The notes beneath the pieces were generated by a model that had not been told where the DNA came from, made no database searches, and was given only the letters and a program-made list of their open reading frames with translations. A stretch of DNA of 64,000 nucleotides from Proteobacteria bacterium SG_bin7 (GTDB taxonomy: Bacteria; Bdellovibrionota; Bdellovibrionia; Bdellovibrionales; SG-bin7): assembly GCA_002083485.1 (NCBI GenBank), contig LWDK01000036.1, positions 36,680-100,679 on the forward strand, read 5' to 3'. A program made the translations under genes and the position numbers. Of this stretch, positions 8,171 to 17,770 are shown piece by piece. The first letter of the stretch is position 1. Every line of letters starts with the position of its first letter.

Positions 8171-10279
8171 CTAAGCCGCATTGGCTGTCTGCTCTTTCGA
8201 TAGTAAAGTTATCATGTCCTCTGGAGACACCACATAAGCAATTTTTTCGTTCCCTAACATCGTCGTACCCTTAAACCCGGGAAGGCTTTTTACAATATTG
8301 TCAAAAGATCTCACCACGGCTTCAAGCTGGTCTTCGATGCGGTCGATCAACAGCCCAATAAACTTATGCTTATAACGAATGATGACCGCCGATTTGCTTC
8401 TCACCGACTCCACAGACTCGATATTTCTGTTCTCAAGGAGTTCATCAAAACTTCGCAATACAATAGTTTGGCCGTCAAATTCGCACATTCTCGTTTGATC
8501 AAGTTCTGTTAACTGAAGTTGATCACAAGACATAATTCTGGCTATCGAGGTCAGTGGAACCGCAAACACGGCGTCTTTCCAGGCCCCCAAAACTGTGTGC
8601 TCAACCATCACCGCCTTTGGAACCGGTATCTCAATGGTAAAAGTAGTTCCTTTACCAAGGGATGAGCCAATCTTTACGTTTCCAGCGTGTTGAAGTACGG
8701 AAGACTTAACGACATCCATTCCGACGCCACGACCCGACACGCCTGTGACCTTTTCAGCTGTAGAAAATCCTGGTAAAAAAATCAAATCAAACACTTCTGC
8801 GTCCGACATACCCTGTGACTTTTCTTTAGTTACAAGTTGATTTTGAATAGCTTTTGCAATGACCTTATCCCTAGGGATTCCGTTACCATCATCACTTACC
8901 ACGATGTTAATGACGCCTTGGCTTTCTGAAGCCTTGATATTAATGATTCCCTCTTCACTCTTCCCACGCTCTCGTCTTACCGATGGAGTTTCAAGACCGT
9001 GATCGATAGAGTTACGAACCATATGCACCAAACAACTTCCCAATGATTTGGCAATATTTTTATCAACTCCTAACTCTAACCCTTCGGTCGTAAATTTAAC
9101 TTTCTTTCCAACCTCTTGACTTGTCTGACGCACAATTCGATTCAACTTACTGAAAGCTTTCTCGAGAGAGACTTTTCGCACTGACATTATGTGTTCCTGG
9201 AGATGGTCAGTAATTTTATTCAGGCTATAAGCGAATTCTGCATGTTTTTTCTCGAGCTTTTGCGGATTATTTCTAATTTCATGATCGCGACTCATCATGT
9301 GAAAATGGTTCTTTAGTACAATGAGTTCTCCGGACAAAGCCATAAAAGAGTCAAGTTTTTCATTAGACACCCAGATCCCTTCATCTTCTTGTGTAAAGTC
9401 CTCTTTACCAGAATTGGATGAAGGGCTAGAATTAATCGTAGCCACTGCCATTGACTCAGGAACAGCCGCCTGATTCTTTTTTTCTTTCAGATCTTTTAGT
9501 TGCTCAATAACAGAATCTACTTTTTTTCGAAGCTCTGGATCTACTTGATCGTCGACTTTAATGATTTGAAGAAGTTTTAGCACCAAATCCGTAGATTCAA
9601 GGAAAGTATTAATCGCGTGTGCGTTTGGCTTAAACTCTCTCTTTTTTATAAGCGCCAGTACTGATTCAAATTCGTGTGCGAGTGTACTTAAAGTTTTTGC
9701 TTGCGGAATAGCTCCCGCTCCCCCCTTTACTGAGTGAACTTTGCGAAAAAGTGAATCTACAACCACAAGATCCAGCGGCTCTTCTTCAAGCCGAAGCACC
9801 AATTGATCAGCATCGCTCATGAGGTCATGGGATTCTTCAACGAAGAGTTGGGTAATCTCTAAAACCTCTTTCTTCTCTTGTTCAATGTCAGCAATTCTTT
9901 TTTGTGCATACTTAATGACTAAGGATCGCAACTGGTCTGACGGAATTGGCTTTTCAACAATATCGTTAACGCCCTGACTTAAACTGGCCATTGCCAACGT
10001 TTTATCGCTATAAGCGGTTACAAAGACAAAAGGTAGAGCCGGCAAAGTCTTACGCAACTCCTGACAAAAAACCAGCCCATCCATTCCCGGCATCTTAAAA
10101 TCAGAAAGAATCAGAAAAGGTACCGTGGACTTAACGGCTTCAATAGCATCTTTAGGATTAGAAAATGTACGTACGCGAATACCTGTCTCTTGAATTACCG
10201 CAGAGACTACCTGAAGGATTTCTTCTTCGTCATCAACAATAAAAACTTCTTCGTTTAGATTCAATTTTAACTGACTCAT
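8171..10279 (-). CDS. cheA: CheA histidine kinase with an N-terminal receiver domain (REC-P1-P3-P4-P5)
   Basis: REC: VFIVDDEEEIL, LILSDFKMPGMDG, FVTAYSD, EKPI. P1: FRKVHSVKGGAGAI. P4: HMVRNSIDHGLE, VSDDGNGI, GVSGRGVGMDVVK. C-terminal CheW-like domain present. Confidence 0.9.
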   Translation of the reverse strand: MSQLKLNLNEEVFIVDDEEEILQVVSAVIQETGIRVRTFSNPKDAIEAVKSTVPFLILSDFKMPGMDGLVFCQELRKTLPALPFVFVTAYSDKTLAMASLSQGVNDIVEKPIPSDQLRSLVIKYAQKRIADIEQEKKEVLEITQLFVEESHDLMSDADQLVLRLEEEPLDLVVVDSLFRKVHSVKGGAGAIPQAKTLSTLAHEFESVLALIKKREFKPNAHAINTFLESTDLVLKLLQIIKVDDQVDPELRKKVDSVIEQLKDLKEKKNQAAVPESMAVATINSSPSSNSGKEDFTQEDEGIWVSNEKLDSFMALSGELIVLKNHFHMMSRDHEIRNNPQKLEKKHAEFAYSLNKITDHLQEHIMSVRKVSLEKAFSKLNRIVRQTSQEVGKKVKFTTEGLELGVDKNIAKSLGSCLVHMVRNSIDHGLETPSVRRERGKSEEGIINIKASESQGVINIVVSDDGNGIPRDKVIAKAIQNQLVTKEKSQGMSDAEVFDLIFLPGFSTAEKVTGVSGRGVGMDVVKSSVLQHAGNVKIGSSLGKGTTFTIEIPVPKAVMVEHTVLGAWKDAVFAVPLTSIARIMSCDQLQLTELDQTRMCEFDGQTIVLRSFDELLENRNIESVESVRSKSAVIIRYKHKFIGLLIDRIEDQLEAVVRSFDNIVKSLPGFKGTTMLGNEKIAYVVSPEDMITLLSKEQTANAA

Positions 10280-10286
10280 TAAGGCC

Positions 10287-11198
10287 TCACATCTTTCTCA
10301 ATTTTTTATAAACTGCGTGACTTAAGGTTTTCACATCTTTAGACCTCATGGCACCCGACTCTGAATGGCCCAAAAATAGAAGGCCCTCAGGCGTAAGAAA
10401 ATGAAGCGCATTTTCAACAACCCTATGAGCAGTTTGAGGATCAAAGTAAATCAAAACATTGCGACAAAAGATAATGTCAAAGTTGCCCTTAAACGGATAA
10501 GGCTCGTCGACCAGATTTAAAGGTGCAAAACGCACAAATTTTTGAAAATCCGGCAGGATCTGAAAAAGTGTGCCTTCCACCTTTGTCAACTTTCTAAAAT
10601 ACTTCTGACGCATCAAAACAGGAACCCCTTCAATTTCCTTCTCACTATAAACGGCTTTACTCGCTTTTTGTAACACCTCGAGATCTATATCTGTTGCCAA
10701 AAAACGAAAATCCCAATTTTTTATAGAATCGCCAAAAAATTCAAGTATGGTAAGCAAAATAGAATAGACCTCTTGTCCTGTGCTAGCGGCGCCACACCAA
10801 ATACGTAGCTCACGAGAATTTTCTGCTTTCTTTCTTGCTAAAATTTCCGGAAGGACTGAAGTTAAGAAACTAAAATGAGCATTTTCACGGAAGAAATGAG
10901 TGGTATTGGTGGTGAGCGATTGCACAAAATTTCTTTTTATAACTTCGTCGCCGGTCTTCAGTCTCTTAACTAAATCTCCATATTTTGCAATTTTGTGACT
11001 CTTCATCAGTGACATCAATCGCGTTGCCATAAGCGAATGATTTTTGGGATTCGAAGCAAGATTAATTCCTGCATACCCTTTCAAAAGCAATGCGAGCTCA
11101 AGAAAGCCCTTCACATCAGATTGGAGGATAGCCAACATTTCTTGACTATCAGAAAGATATTCTGTCGCCGCAACCACCGCACTTTGATTAAATTTCAT
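10287..11198 (-). CDS. cheR: Chemotaxis protein methyltransferase CheR
   Basis: Reads FFRENAHF, then the SAM-binding block RIWCGAASTGQEVYSI, then FDIIFCRNVLIYF. Overlaps the upstream cheA by 4 nt. Confidence 0.9.
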   Translation of the reverse strand: MKFNQSAVVAATEYLSDSQEMLAILQSDVKGFLELALLLKGYAGINLASNPKNHSLMATRLMSLMKSHKIAKYGDLVKRLKTGDEVIKRNFVQSLTTNTTHFFRENAHFSFLTSVLPEILARKKAENSRELRIWCGAASTGQEVYSILLTILEFFGDSIKNWDFRFLATDIDLEVLQKASKAVYSEKEIEGVPVLMRQKYFRKLTKVEGTLFQILPDFQKFVRFAPLNLVDEPYPFKGNFDIIFCRNVLIYFDPQTAHRVVENALHFLTPEGLLFLGHSESGAMRSKDVKTLSHAVYKKLRKM

Positions 11199-12859
11199 AT
11201 AGCCTCTGGTCGAAGTTGTCCGACATCATTGTTAACCAAATCATGAAGGCCATAAGCATTAATGACCAATGCCACCCGCCCGTCACCCAAAATTGCCGCC
11301 CCAGAAATTCCCCGAACTTCTTTGAAATTGTTGCCGAGAGGTTTCAGGACAACTTGGGTTTGACCCACGACTTCATTGACACCAACGACAAGTTGTTTTT
11401 TGCCAGCTTCAAGAAGAACATACATTTGGGGAGGAGCATGCTGACTAACTGATTTACTAAAGGCTTGACCTAGATTCAAAATTCGAACTGCCACGCCTCG
11501 ATGATTTAAAGCCTGGAGTCCATCTTCAATAGAAATGAACTCCGCACCGGTGGGGTAAATCAGTTCCCGGATACAATCTAAAGGGATAATATAGTAGAGG
11601 CGACCGACACGCACAATGAGTCCGTCCGTTATCGAAGTTGTCAAAGGAATCGAAATCGTGATTTTCGTTCCAACGGACAGTTGGGAAGAAACCTCAACAG
11701 CGCCCTTCATCTTTTCGATGTTGGATTTTACAACATCCATACCGACACCGCGGCCAGAAACATCCGTTACAACTTCTGCCGTTGAAAATCCTGGTTCAAA
11801 AATAAATAGAAATATTTGCTGCTCAGAAAAAGATGAAAGCAATTGATCTTTGGCCACGAGACCCTTTTCCTTGGCCTTTTCGAAAATTTTCTCCGTGTTA
11901 ATTCCGGCTCCATCGTCGATGACTTCAATAGTAACACGATCCCCCTGTTGACGAGCCGAAACTTTTATTTTTCCAGTCGCGACTTTTCCGCGGCTCACTC
12001 TTGTCGAGGTTGGCTCGATTCCATGATCTAATGAGTTGCGTACAATATGCATAAGTGGATCGGCAAGCAGCTCTACCATTGACCGATCAATTTCAATATC
12101 TTCACCAGACATTTCCAGCTCGACCGATTTCGAAATTTTCACAGATAGATCGCGCACCAACCTCTGCATTTTTAAGAAAAGTGGCTTCAGCGGCATCATT
12201 CTTAAAATCAAAGTTTTCTCTTGAATTTCGCGAATGGCTTTATCAAGTTGCGAGACAATCGAAATAAGTCGGACATCTCCCAAATAATTTTGGCATTGAT
12301 TCAGTACCTGACTCTTAATGACGACGAGCTCGCCGACAGAATTCAACAGTGTTTCAACGACACCTGAATCTATTTTTATACTGCTTGCACCGGAATTAGT
12401 AGTCATGTGGGTCAGCTTAGCTACTTTCGCTTTTGGCTTCTCGTTTGATTCCGTGGGAATTTCAGCGCGAAGCTTTTCGATAAGTTTCTGCAATTCCAAA
12501 AATAGTTGCGAGTTATCCCAGATGGACCCATCGCGAGTCTTCAACATCGCAATTCGGGTTTTAAAAGCATCATCACATAGTAAAAGTAGTGATATTATCT
12601 CTGTGTTGATTTTTTCCGGACAAACACGTAATATGGCGAGAAGATCTTCAACAACATGGGCAAATGCGGATAAATCTGTAAACCCGACGGCAGCGCCAGT
12701 TCCCTTCATCGAATGAACAAGTCTAAATATCCGATTCAGTTCCTCAGTACGACTCTCAGGTTTTTCGAGGTTTAAATAGGACTCCTCACACTCTTCCAAC
12801 ATGAAAGTAATTTCATCTAAAAATTCTTTTTGAAACCCCTCAAGCGCAAATTCTTCCAT
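11195..12859 (-). CDS. cheA: CheA histidine kinase (P1-P3-P4-P5)
   Basis: P1: FRLVHSMKGTGAAVGF. P4: HIVRNSLDHGIE, VIDDGAGI, DVSGRGVGMDVVK. C-terminal CheW-like domain LIVRVGRLYYIIPL. Confidence 0.9.
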   Translation of the reverse strand: MEEFALEGFQKEFLDEITFMLEECEESYLNLEKPESRTEELNRIFRLVHSMKGTGAAVGFTDLSAFAHVVEDLLAILRVCPEKINTEIISLLLLCDDAFKTRIAMLKTRDGSIWDNSQLFLELQKLIEKLRAEIPTESNEKPKAKVAKLTHMTTNSGASSIKIDSGVVETLLNSVGELVVIKSQVLNQCQNYLGDVRLISIVSQLDKAIREIQEKTLILRMMPLKPLFLKMQRLVRDLSVKISKSVELEMSGEDIEIDRSMVELLADPLMHIVRNSLDHGIEPTSTRVSRGKVATGKIKVSARQQGDRVTIEVIDDGAGINTEKIFEKAKEKGLVAKDQLLSSFSEQQIFLFIFEPGFSTAEVVTDVSGRGVGMDVVKSNIEKMKGAVEVSSQLSVGTKITISIPLTTSITDGLIVRVGRLYYIIPLDCIRELIYPTGAEFISIEDGLQALNHRGVAVRILNLGQAFSKSVSQHAPPQMYVLLEAGKKQLVVGVNEVVGQTQVVLKPLGNNFKEVRGISGAAILGDGRVALVINAYGLHDLVNNDVGQLRPEAI

Positions 12860-12861
12860 GT

Positions 12862-13383
12862 TTATGCTCGCCTCTTTGTTATTAACATAGTTTTCTTCAT
12901 GACTAACAATTGGCGCTTAATATCTCTGACTTTTGCAAGTTGTATCGGGTCAAGATTTTGAAAGAGACTGTCTTTTCCACTCTCCTCCTCCAACGAACTT
13001 AACTGCTGTCCAAGTTCACATGATTTTTTAATGACCGAAAACAGTTCACTCTGTTGATATGGCTTTTCCAAAAAGTCAAAGGCTCCCAACTTCAAGGCTT
13101 CGATTACCTTCGCCTTATCACCATAGCCGGTCAAAAAAACAAAAGGGACGAAGTTATCCATCTCTCTTAAGTTTTTAAGCAGTTCGAGGCCATTCATTTC
13201 TGGCATATTGATGTCAGAAAGAATCGCGTCAATTGTGCGCTCTCCACCATTTACAATTTTAAGAGCGCTGGCACCATTCTCCGCCAAAACGATATTGATT
13301 GGAAGCAACTGGAGTTGCTCAAAGAGCACCTCCTGAAGATCATGATCGTCTTCCACAACTAGCAAAGTCGCCTTAGCATTCAT
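12862..13383 (-). CDS. CheY-like single-domain response regulator with a ~50-aa C-terminal helical extension
   Basis: REC: TLLVVEDDHDL, ILSDINMPEMNG, VFLTGYGD, EKPY. I placed the start at ATG 13383 (MNAKATLL), 13 nt after the cheW stop; the ORF-track start at 13428 overlaps cheW. Confidence 0.8.
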   Translation of the reverse strand: MNAKATLLVVEDDHDLQEVLFEQLQLLPINIVLAENGASALKIVNGGERTIDAILSDINMPEMNGLELLKNLREMDNFVPFVFLTGYGDKAKVIEALKLGAFDFLEKPYQQSELFSVIKKSCELGQQLSSLEEESGKDSLFQNLDPIQLAKVRDIKRQLLVMKKTMLITKRRA

Positions 13384-13396
13384 AAACCCTACATAT

Positions 13397-13870
13397 CTAC
13401 GCAGCGATATTTTGACTCGAAATCGCATTCTGAATCTTGGTCAGTTCGCTATGACCTAGAGCCTTTACGATATCTATCAAAATCACTACGGTGTTATCTA
13501 TTTTCCCCATCCCAATAACATACGAAATTTTGGATTCTTCTCCCATCGCAGGGCGCGGTTCAATTTGCTCCGCCGAGAGGTCTATTACCCCGCTCACTGA
13601 GTCCACTATCATTCCGACCTGCCCGGCGTCGCTCTCGATGACGATAATGCAAGTTTCTCGTGTATGAGGAACCGATGGAATCCCAAATTTCATTCTTAAA
13701 TCTACGACTGGAATTACCTTACCACGCAGATTTATAACTCCAGCCACAAAACCAGGTGTCTGAGGAACGGGAGTAATGTCGGTGACCCGATTAATCTCCC
13801 TTACCGAGCCAATGGGAACTCCATAGGGCTGGGACTTCAACGAAAATGTTAAAAATTGCTTTGTGGACAT
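13397..13870 (-). CDS. cheW: Chemotaxis coupling protein CheW
   Basis: CheW fold motifs: QFLTFSLKSQPYGVPIGSVREI, VINLRGKVIPVVDLRMKFG. ATG 13870 (MSTKQF) lies 4 nt after the MCP stop. Confidence 0.85.
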   Translation of the reverse strand: MSTKQFLTFSLKSQPYGVPIGSVREINRVTDITPVPQTPGFVAGVINLRGKVIPVVDLRMKFGIPSVPHTRETCIIVIESDAGQVGMIVDSVSGVIDLSAEQIEPRPAMGEESKISYVIGMGKIDNTVVILIDIVKALGHSELTKIQNAISSQNIAA

Positions 13871-13874
13871 CGTA

Positions 13875-15902
13875 TTAAAACCCATCTGTTGTTCCAACTT
13901 TATTGGCCACGTCCTCATCAAAAGGAATAGCCTGCGTAGCTGGAGTCGGGCGCTTCAATTTGCTAACGAACTTTTTTGCGGTGTTGATTGGCCGCACATC
14001 GTGATGACTAGCGACGGTCTTACCTTTTTCGTCGCCACGAGATGTTTCATTGTTGGTGCCCTGGATTAACAGGGTCATTTCAGATACAAGTCCTTTCAGG
14101 GTATCAGCCTGACTTGACATCTCGGTTGCCGATGCTGCGACTTCCTCAGATGCAGATGCATTTTGCTGAGTTGATTGATCTAATTCATTCATGGCTTTGC
14201 TGATCTGACCTATGCCATTGGCCTGTTCGGCACTTGCCGAGGCAATCTCACTATTTAAATCTGACACCTTCTTAACACTGGTCACGATATTTTTAAGAAC
14301 ATTTCCACTGGCGTCGGCGATTTTCGTACCACTTTCAATTTGTGAAACGCTATCTTTAATTAAAGCGGTAATATCTTTAGCTGCTGAAGCGCTTCTCTGT
14401 GCCAGGTTTCTTACGGCCTCTGCAACAACTGCAAACCCTTTGCCCTGTTCACCAGCTCGGGCAGCTTCCACAGCAGCGTTAAGCGCCAGCAAATTGGTCT
14501 GAAACGCAATATCGTCTATCACGTTTATAATTTCTTCGATTTTTTTCGAGCTTTGTGAAATTTCTTTCATCGACGAAATTAAATTTCTAATTTCTGTCTC
14601 GCCTTCTTCTGCAGACTTTGTACTCGTTTGAGAAAGTGAGGCGGCCTGTTTGGCATTGTCAGCATTGAGTTTTACCATGCTTGACAACTCTTCGATCGAA
14701 GAAACAGTTTCTTCAAGAGACGCAGCCGCTTCTGTAGATCCCGAAGATACTTGTTGACTCGCCGAAGAAAGTTGAGCGCTTGCCGAAGAGACTTGAACTC
14801 CCGACTCAGCGATCTGCTTAGTAATATCGGACAAGCGGTTGGCGATACGCACTGACAAAAACCAAGCCACAACCAAGAAGATCAAGGCCAGAGTTCCAGT
14901 AATAATTTGGAATTGCCATGCGGCTTTATCAATGGCCGCAAACACTTCATCAGAAGCGATACGCACCAAGGTTCCCCAACCTAAAGCATTCGCAAATTTA
15001 TCAGATGTTATCGGCCCATAACCTATAACTTGATCAATTCCCTTGCGTGCATGCCTTCCCGTCGTTGAGCCCGAGCGACCACCGACAATTTCCTTAGCAG
15101 CAAATACTCCGCGCTCCGCAAGATTAAGCTTTCCTAAAACACTGGAGTCGTGTTTTACTTCAAGGTTGCCACCATTAACCGAGGGATCATAATCGACAAT
15201 TACATTTCCAGCCTTATCAAGTATTGTTAGTTCAGCAGAACCAAGTTTCGCTGCCTTGAATCTTTTATATAAATCTACAACCTCATTCTCAACCCACCTG
15301 AAATTAGCGCGATTTGTAAGGACACCCATTGGCTTTCCAGTTGAATCTTTAACCAAGGCGCTAAAACTGTTGCCATAGATGTCTTTCTTTAATACCGCTG
15401 AACTAATAGGATCAAAATGAGCGCTTTCAACAAAAGTTCCAACTAAACCTTTTTTAGGATCTTCGGTTAAGTTGTTGTTGGACACAGCTTTGAACCAGGC
15501 CTCGCTATTATACATTTTGGATTGAAGGGGCGTGGTATCAATGGGCTTACCAGACGCATCGACTGCATTTGCCGCGATAAAGTGACCGGACATATCCACG
15601 AACATGACAACGTCGTAGATCCCGTAAAGCGTGACATACTCGTTAAAAGTTTTCGTCAAGATTTTTGAATCCTTAAGATTAAAAGCGTGATTTTTAGCGA
15701 AAGCCTGAACATCGAAATAGCGCTCGTAAAATTGTGACGCAATACCAAGTCCGAGACCTTCAGAGTGGGATCCGAAATTCTCTAGTATATTATTCCGTTG
15801 CTCATTGAGTGCCATTCGAAATTGAACAAAATTTGCGGCTCCGAAAACTAGCAGAACCCCAAACATCATCATAACTATTTTTGCTTTAAAACTTTTAAAC
15901 AT
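13875..15902 (-). CDS. Methyl-accepting chemotaxis protein with a large (~300 aa, double-Cache-like) periplasmic domain
   Basis: Two TM segments (aa ~9-27 and ~325-347). The highly conserved hairpin tip reads [37 protein letters not shown]. Candidate methylation heptads: [38 protein letters not shown]. Confidence 0.9.
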   Translation of the reverse strand: MFKSFKAKIVMMMFGVLLVFGAANFVQFRMALNEQRNNILENFGSHSEGLGLGIASQFYERYFDVQAFAKNHAFNLKDSKILTKTFNEYVTLYGIYDVVMFVDMSGHFIAANAVDASGKPIDTTPLQSKMYNSEAWFKAVSNNNLTEDPKKGLVGTFVESAHFDPISSAVLKKDIYGNSFSALVKDSTGKPMGVLTNRANFRWVENEVVDLYKRFKAAKLGSAELTILDKAGNVIVDYDPSVNGGNLEVKHDSSVLGKLNLAERGVFAAKEIVGGRSGSTTGRHARKGIDQVIGYGPITSDKFANALGWGTLVRIASDEVFAAIDKAAWQFQIITGTLALIFLVVAWFLSVRIANRLSDITKQIAESGVQVSSASAQLSSASQQVSSGSTEAAASLEETVSSIEELSSMVKLNADNAKQAASLSQTSTKSAEEGETEIRNLISSMKEISQSSKKIEEIINVIDDIAFQTNLLALNAAVEAARAGEQGKGFAVVAEAVRNLAQRSASAAKDITALIKDSVSQIESGTKIADASGNVLKNIVTSVKKVSDLNSEIASASAEQANGIGQISKAMNELDQSTQQNASASEEVAASATEMSSQADTLKGLVSEMTLLIQGTNNETSRGDEKGKTVASHHDVRPINTAKKFVSKLKRPTPATQAIPFDEDVANKVGTTDGF

Positions 15903-15931
15903 TTTTGCTCCTATTATTAATTGGATCCCAA

Positions 15932-15959
15932 CTTATCGAAATCTTAACGTTCAATCTAA
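15932..15959 (-). promoter_or_regulatory. Weak sigma-28 (FliA)-like promoter candidate for the chemosensory cluster
   Basis: The minus strand reads TTAGATTG-N11-TTCGATAAG about 29 nt upstream of the MCP ATG. The CGATAA core matches the -10 of the TAAA-N15-GCCGATAA consensus; the -35 match is poor. Confidence 0.25.
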
Positions 15960-16192
15960 AGGGTCTGATCCAAAAAAAATTTTGATGTGATTTCGGTAAC
16001 AATCACAGCCCCAGTATCAACTTCCTACCCCATAGGATGGACCCAAAATAAGACATAAAATAAAAATTTTTCGTAATCGCTGACCCAACTAAGGTCCAAT
16101 ATTTTTAAAATTTTCCTTAACTGTTTATTAACCTCTACATTTTTTGATTTTGTTCACCGAAAGCTTTATGAAATTTTTTAGGAGATAATTTA

Positions 16193-17533
16193 ATGAGCCC
16201 GTTTTTTGTGAAAAATAAAAGTTCTCAAATACTAATTTTTTGTCTGACAAATATTTTGATCTCATCACTCGTTTTTGCGCAGACAAGCACTACGACACCC
16301 CCGCAGACGCCAGCTCCCGCAGCTGCGCCAGTAGCAACACCGCAGCCAACTCCCCTTCTAATTAAAGGCTCATTTCGCATCCGTTCCGCACGCGAATCCT
16401 ACACAAATCTTACCACCGTAAGGGATTCAACCTTAATGCGCGCACGTATCGATCTTAAGTTTACCCCGAATTCTGAAATTGATGTTTTCCTTCAACCTCA
16501 GCTTTCTAAAGTTATGGGCGAACCCATAGTGACTACAACTGCGACAACGGGCGGAACAAGTAGCGCGACCTCTAGTACAAGCGGTAACGTCGTTGATGCC
16601 GGAATGGTGATGCATCAAGCTTACTTTGATTATCACCCTTATAGTTGGCTAAAGCTTCAGGCTGGCCGCCAAGTCCTGTCTTATGGAGATGAACTCGTAA
16701 TCGGTGGCCTCGAGTGGCATAATGTGGGCCGAACCTTTGATGCTGTACGCGTAAAAGCCAATTACTCCTTTGGCTGGAGCGAGCTTTTTACCTCAAAACT
16801 TGTCGATAACTCGGTGAGCTCGAGCGCCACGAATGGCGATAGGGACCTACATGGATTCTACAATAGTTTTAGCCCATTTACCTGGTTGAAGAATTTTGAC
16901 CTCTATTATTTTTATCAAGACGACTACACACTCGTAAATACAACAGGCAAGACTGATTTGAAAGCTTTTGGGGTTCGCCTTGCGTCTACAATTGGTGGAC
17001 TTGATTACCGGCTCGAATATACAAAAGAAAATGGTACGGCTGTGACTAAAGAGAGCGAAGCCTATCAGGGCGACATCGAAGTTGGATACAAATTTAACGA
17101 AGTCTCTTGGAAGCCTAGAATTAGTTTAGAAAGTTTCACGGCCGGAAGTAGTTATAATCAATTGTATCCAACAGTTCATAAATGGTTAGGATATGCGGAT
17201 CTCTTTGGGCGAAGAAACATCTCGGGATTTGTTGTTCATACCAGCTTTGAAGTCGGAGGCGTTTCCACGATGATCGATTTCCATCAATTTACCCGCTCCG
17301 ACAGTACCGTCTCAGTTTTCAAACTCGACGGAACAACCGCATTAGGTACCGCCGGCGGTTCAACGTCTAATGACCTAGGCACCGAAATTGATTTGACCGT
17401 GAAATGGAAAGCTAATCCCAATTTGGCAGTCATGGCCGGAGCATCCACTTTTGAACCTGGAGCCTATTTGGCTAATCAGTTTTCTGGCATAAAACCAGAT
17501 TTTTATTTCTTACAAATGGAATCGACGTTTTAA
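16193..17533 (+). CDS. Outer-membrane beta-barrel porin, alginate-export (AlgE-like) family candidate
   Basis: It has a signal peptide ending SLVFAQ, a T/P/A-rich linker (TSTTTPPQTPAPAAAPVATPQPTP), an amphipathic strand pattern and a C-terminal ...LQMESTF. The family call is from memory, not searched. Confidence 0.6.
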   Translation: MSPFFVKNKSSQILIFCLTNILISSLVFAQTSTTTPPQTPAPAAAPVATPQPTPLLIKGSFRIRSARESYTNLTTVRDSTLMRARIDLKFTPNSEIDVFLQPQLSKVMGEPIVTTTATTGGTSSATSSTSGNVVDAGMVMHQAYFDYHPYSWLKLQAGRQVLSYGDELVIGGLEWHNVGRTFDAVRVKANYSFGWSELFTSKLVDNSVSSSATNGDRDLHGFYNSFSPFTWLKNFDLYYFYQDDYTLVNTTGKTDLKAFGVRLASTIGGLDYRLEYTKENGTAVTKESEAYQGDIEVGYKFNEVSWKPRISLESFTAGSSYNQLYPTVHKWLGYADLFGRRNISGFVVHTSFEVGGVSTMIDFHQFTRSDSTVSVFKLDGTTALGTAGGSTSNDLGTEIDLTVKWKANPNLAVMAGASTFEPGAYLANQFSGIKPDFYFLQMESTF

Positions 17534-17546
17534 TTAGGAGATATTT

Positions 17547-17765
17547 ATGGAAGCAGCATTTCTTTTATCAGCGCTGATGATGGTATTTTTTGGAGCCACA
17601 CAAAACTCGCGAAATGTCGCTGCTGTATCAACGGCGACTCCTCCCGCGGCTGTTATTGAAGCTCCCGCTAAAAAGGAAAAAGAAAAAAGTGAAGATCAGA
17701 AACCGCCCGAGACAAAAGCAGTATCTCCCGCCAAAAAGTCAACTCTACCTAGTGGGTGGAAATAA
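17547..17765 (+). CDS. Small secreted Pro/Ala/Lys-rich protein
   Basis: 72 aa with an N-terminal hydrophobic segment and low-complexity PAKKEKEKSEDQKPPETK. An AGGAG Shine-Dalgarno (SD) sequence lies upstream, 13 nt after the porin stop. Confidence 0.45.
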   Translation: MEAAFLLSALMMVFFGATQNSRNVAAVSTATPPAAVIEAPAKKEKEKSEDQKPPETKAVSPAKKSTLPSGWK

Positions 17766-17770
17766 GCCTT

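Noticed and set aside
12318-12716. Long antisense ORFs in the track: 12318..12716 (+), 52574..53119 (-), 58403..58858 (-), 3690..4025 (+), 41220..41582 (+), 63562..63885 (-), and many 60-110 aa ones.
   Set aside because: Each lies entirely inside, and antisense to or out of frame with, a gene that has clear family motifs. Their translations are low-complexity or Ser/Arg/Cys-rich with no motifs, so they are typical shadow ORFs.
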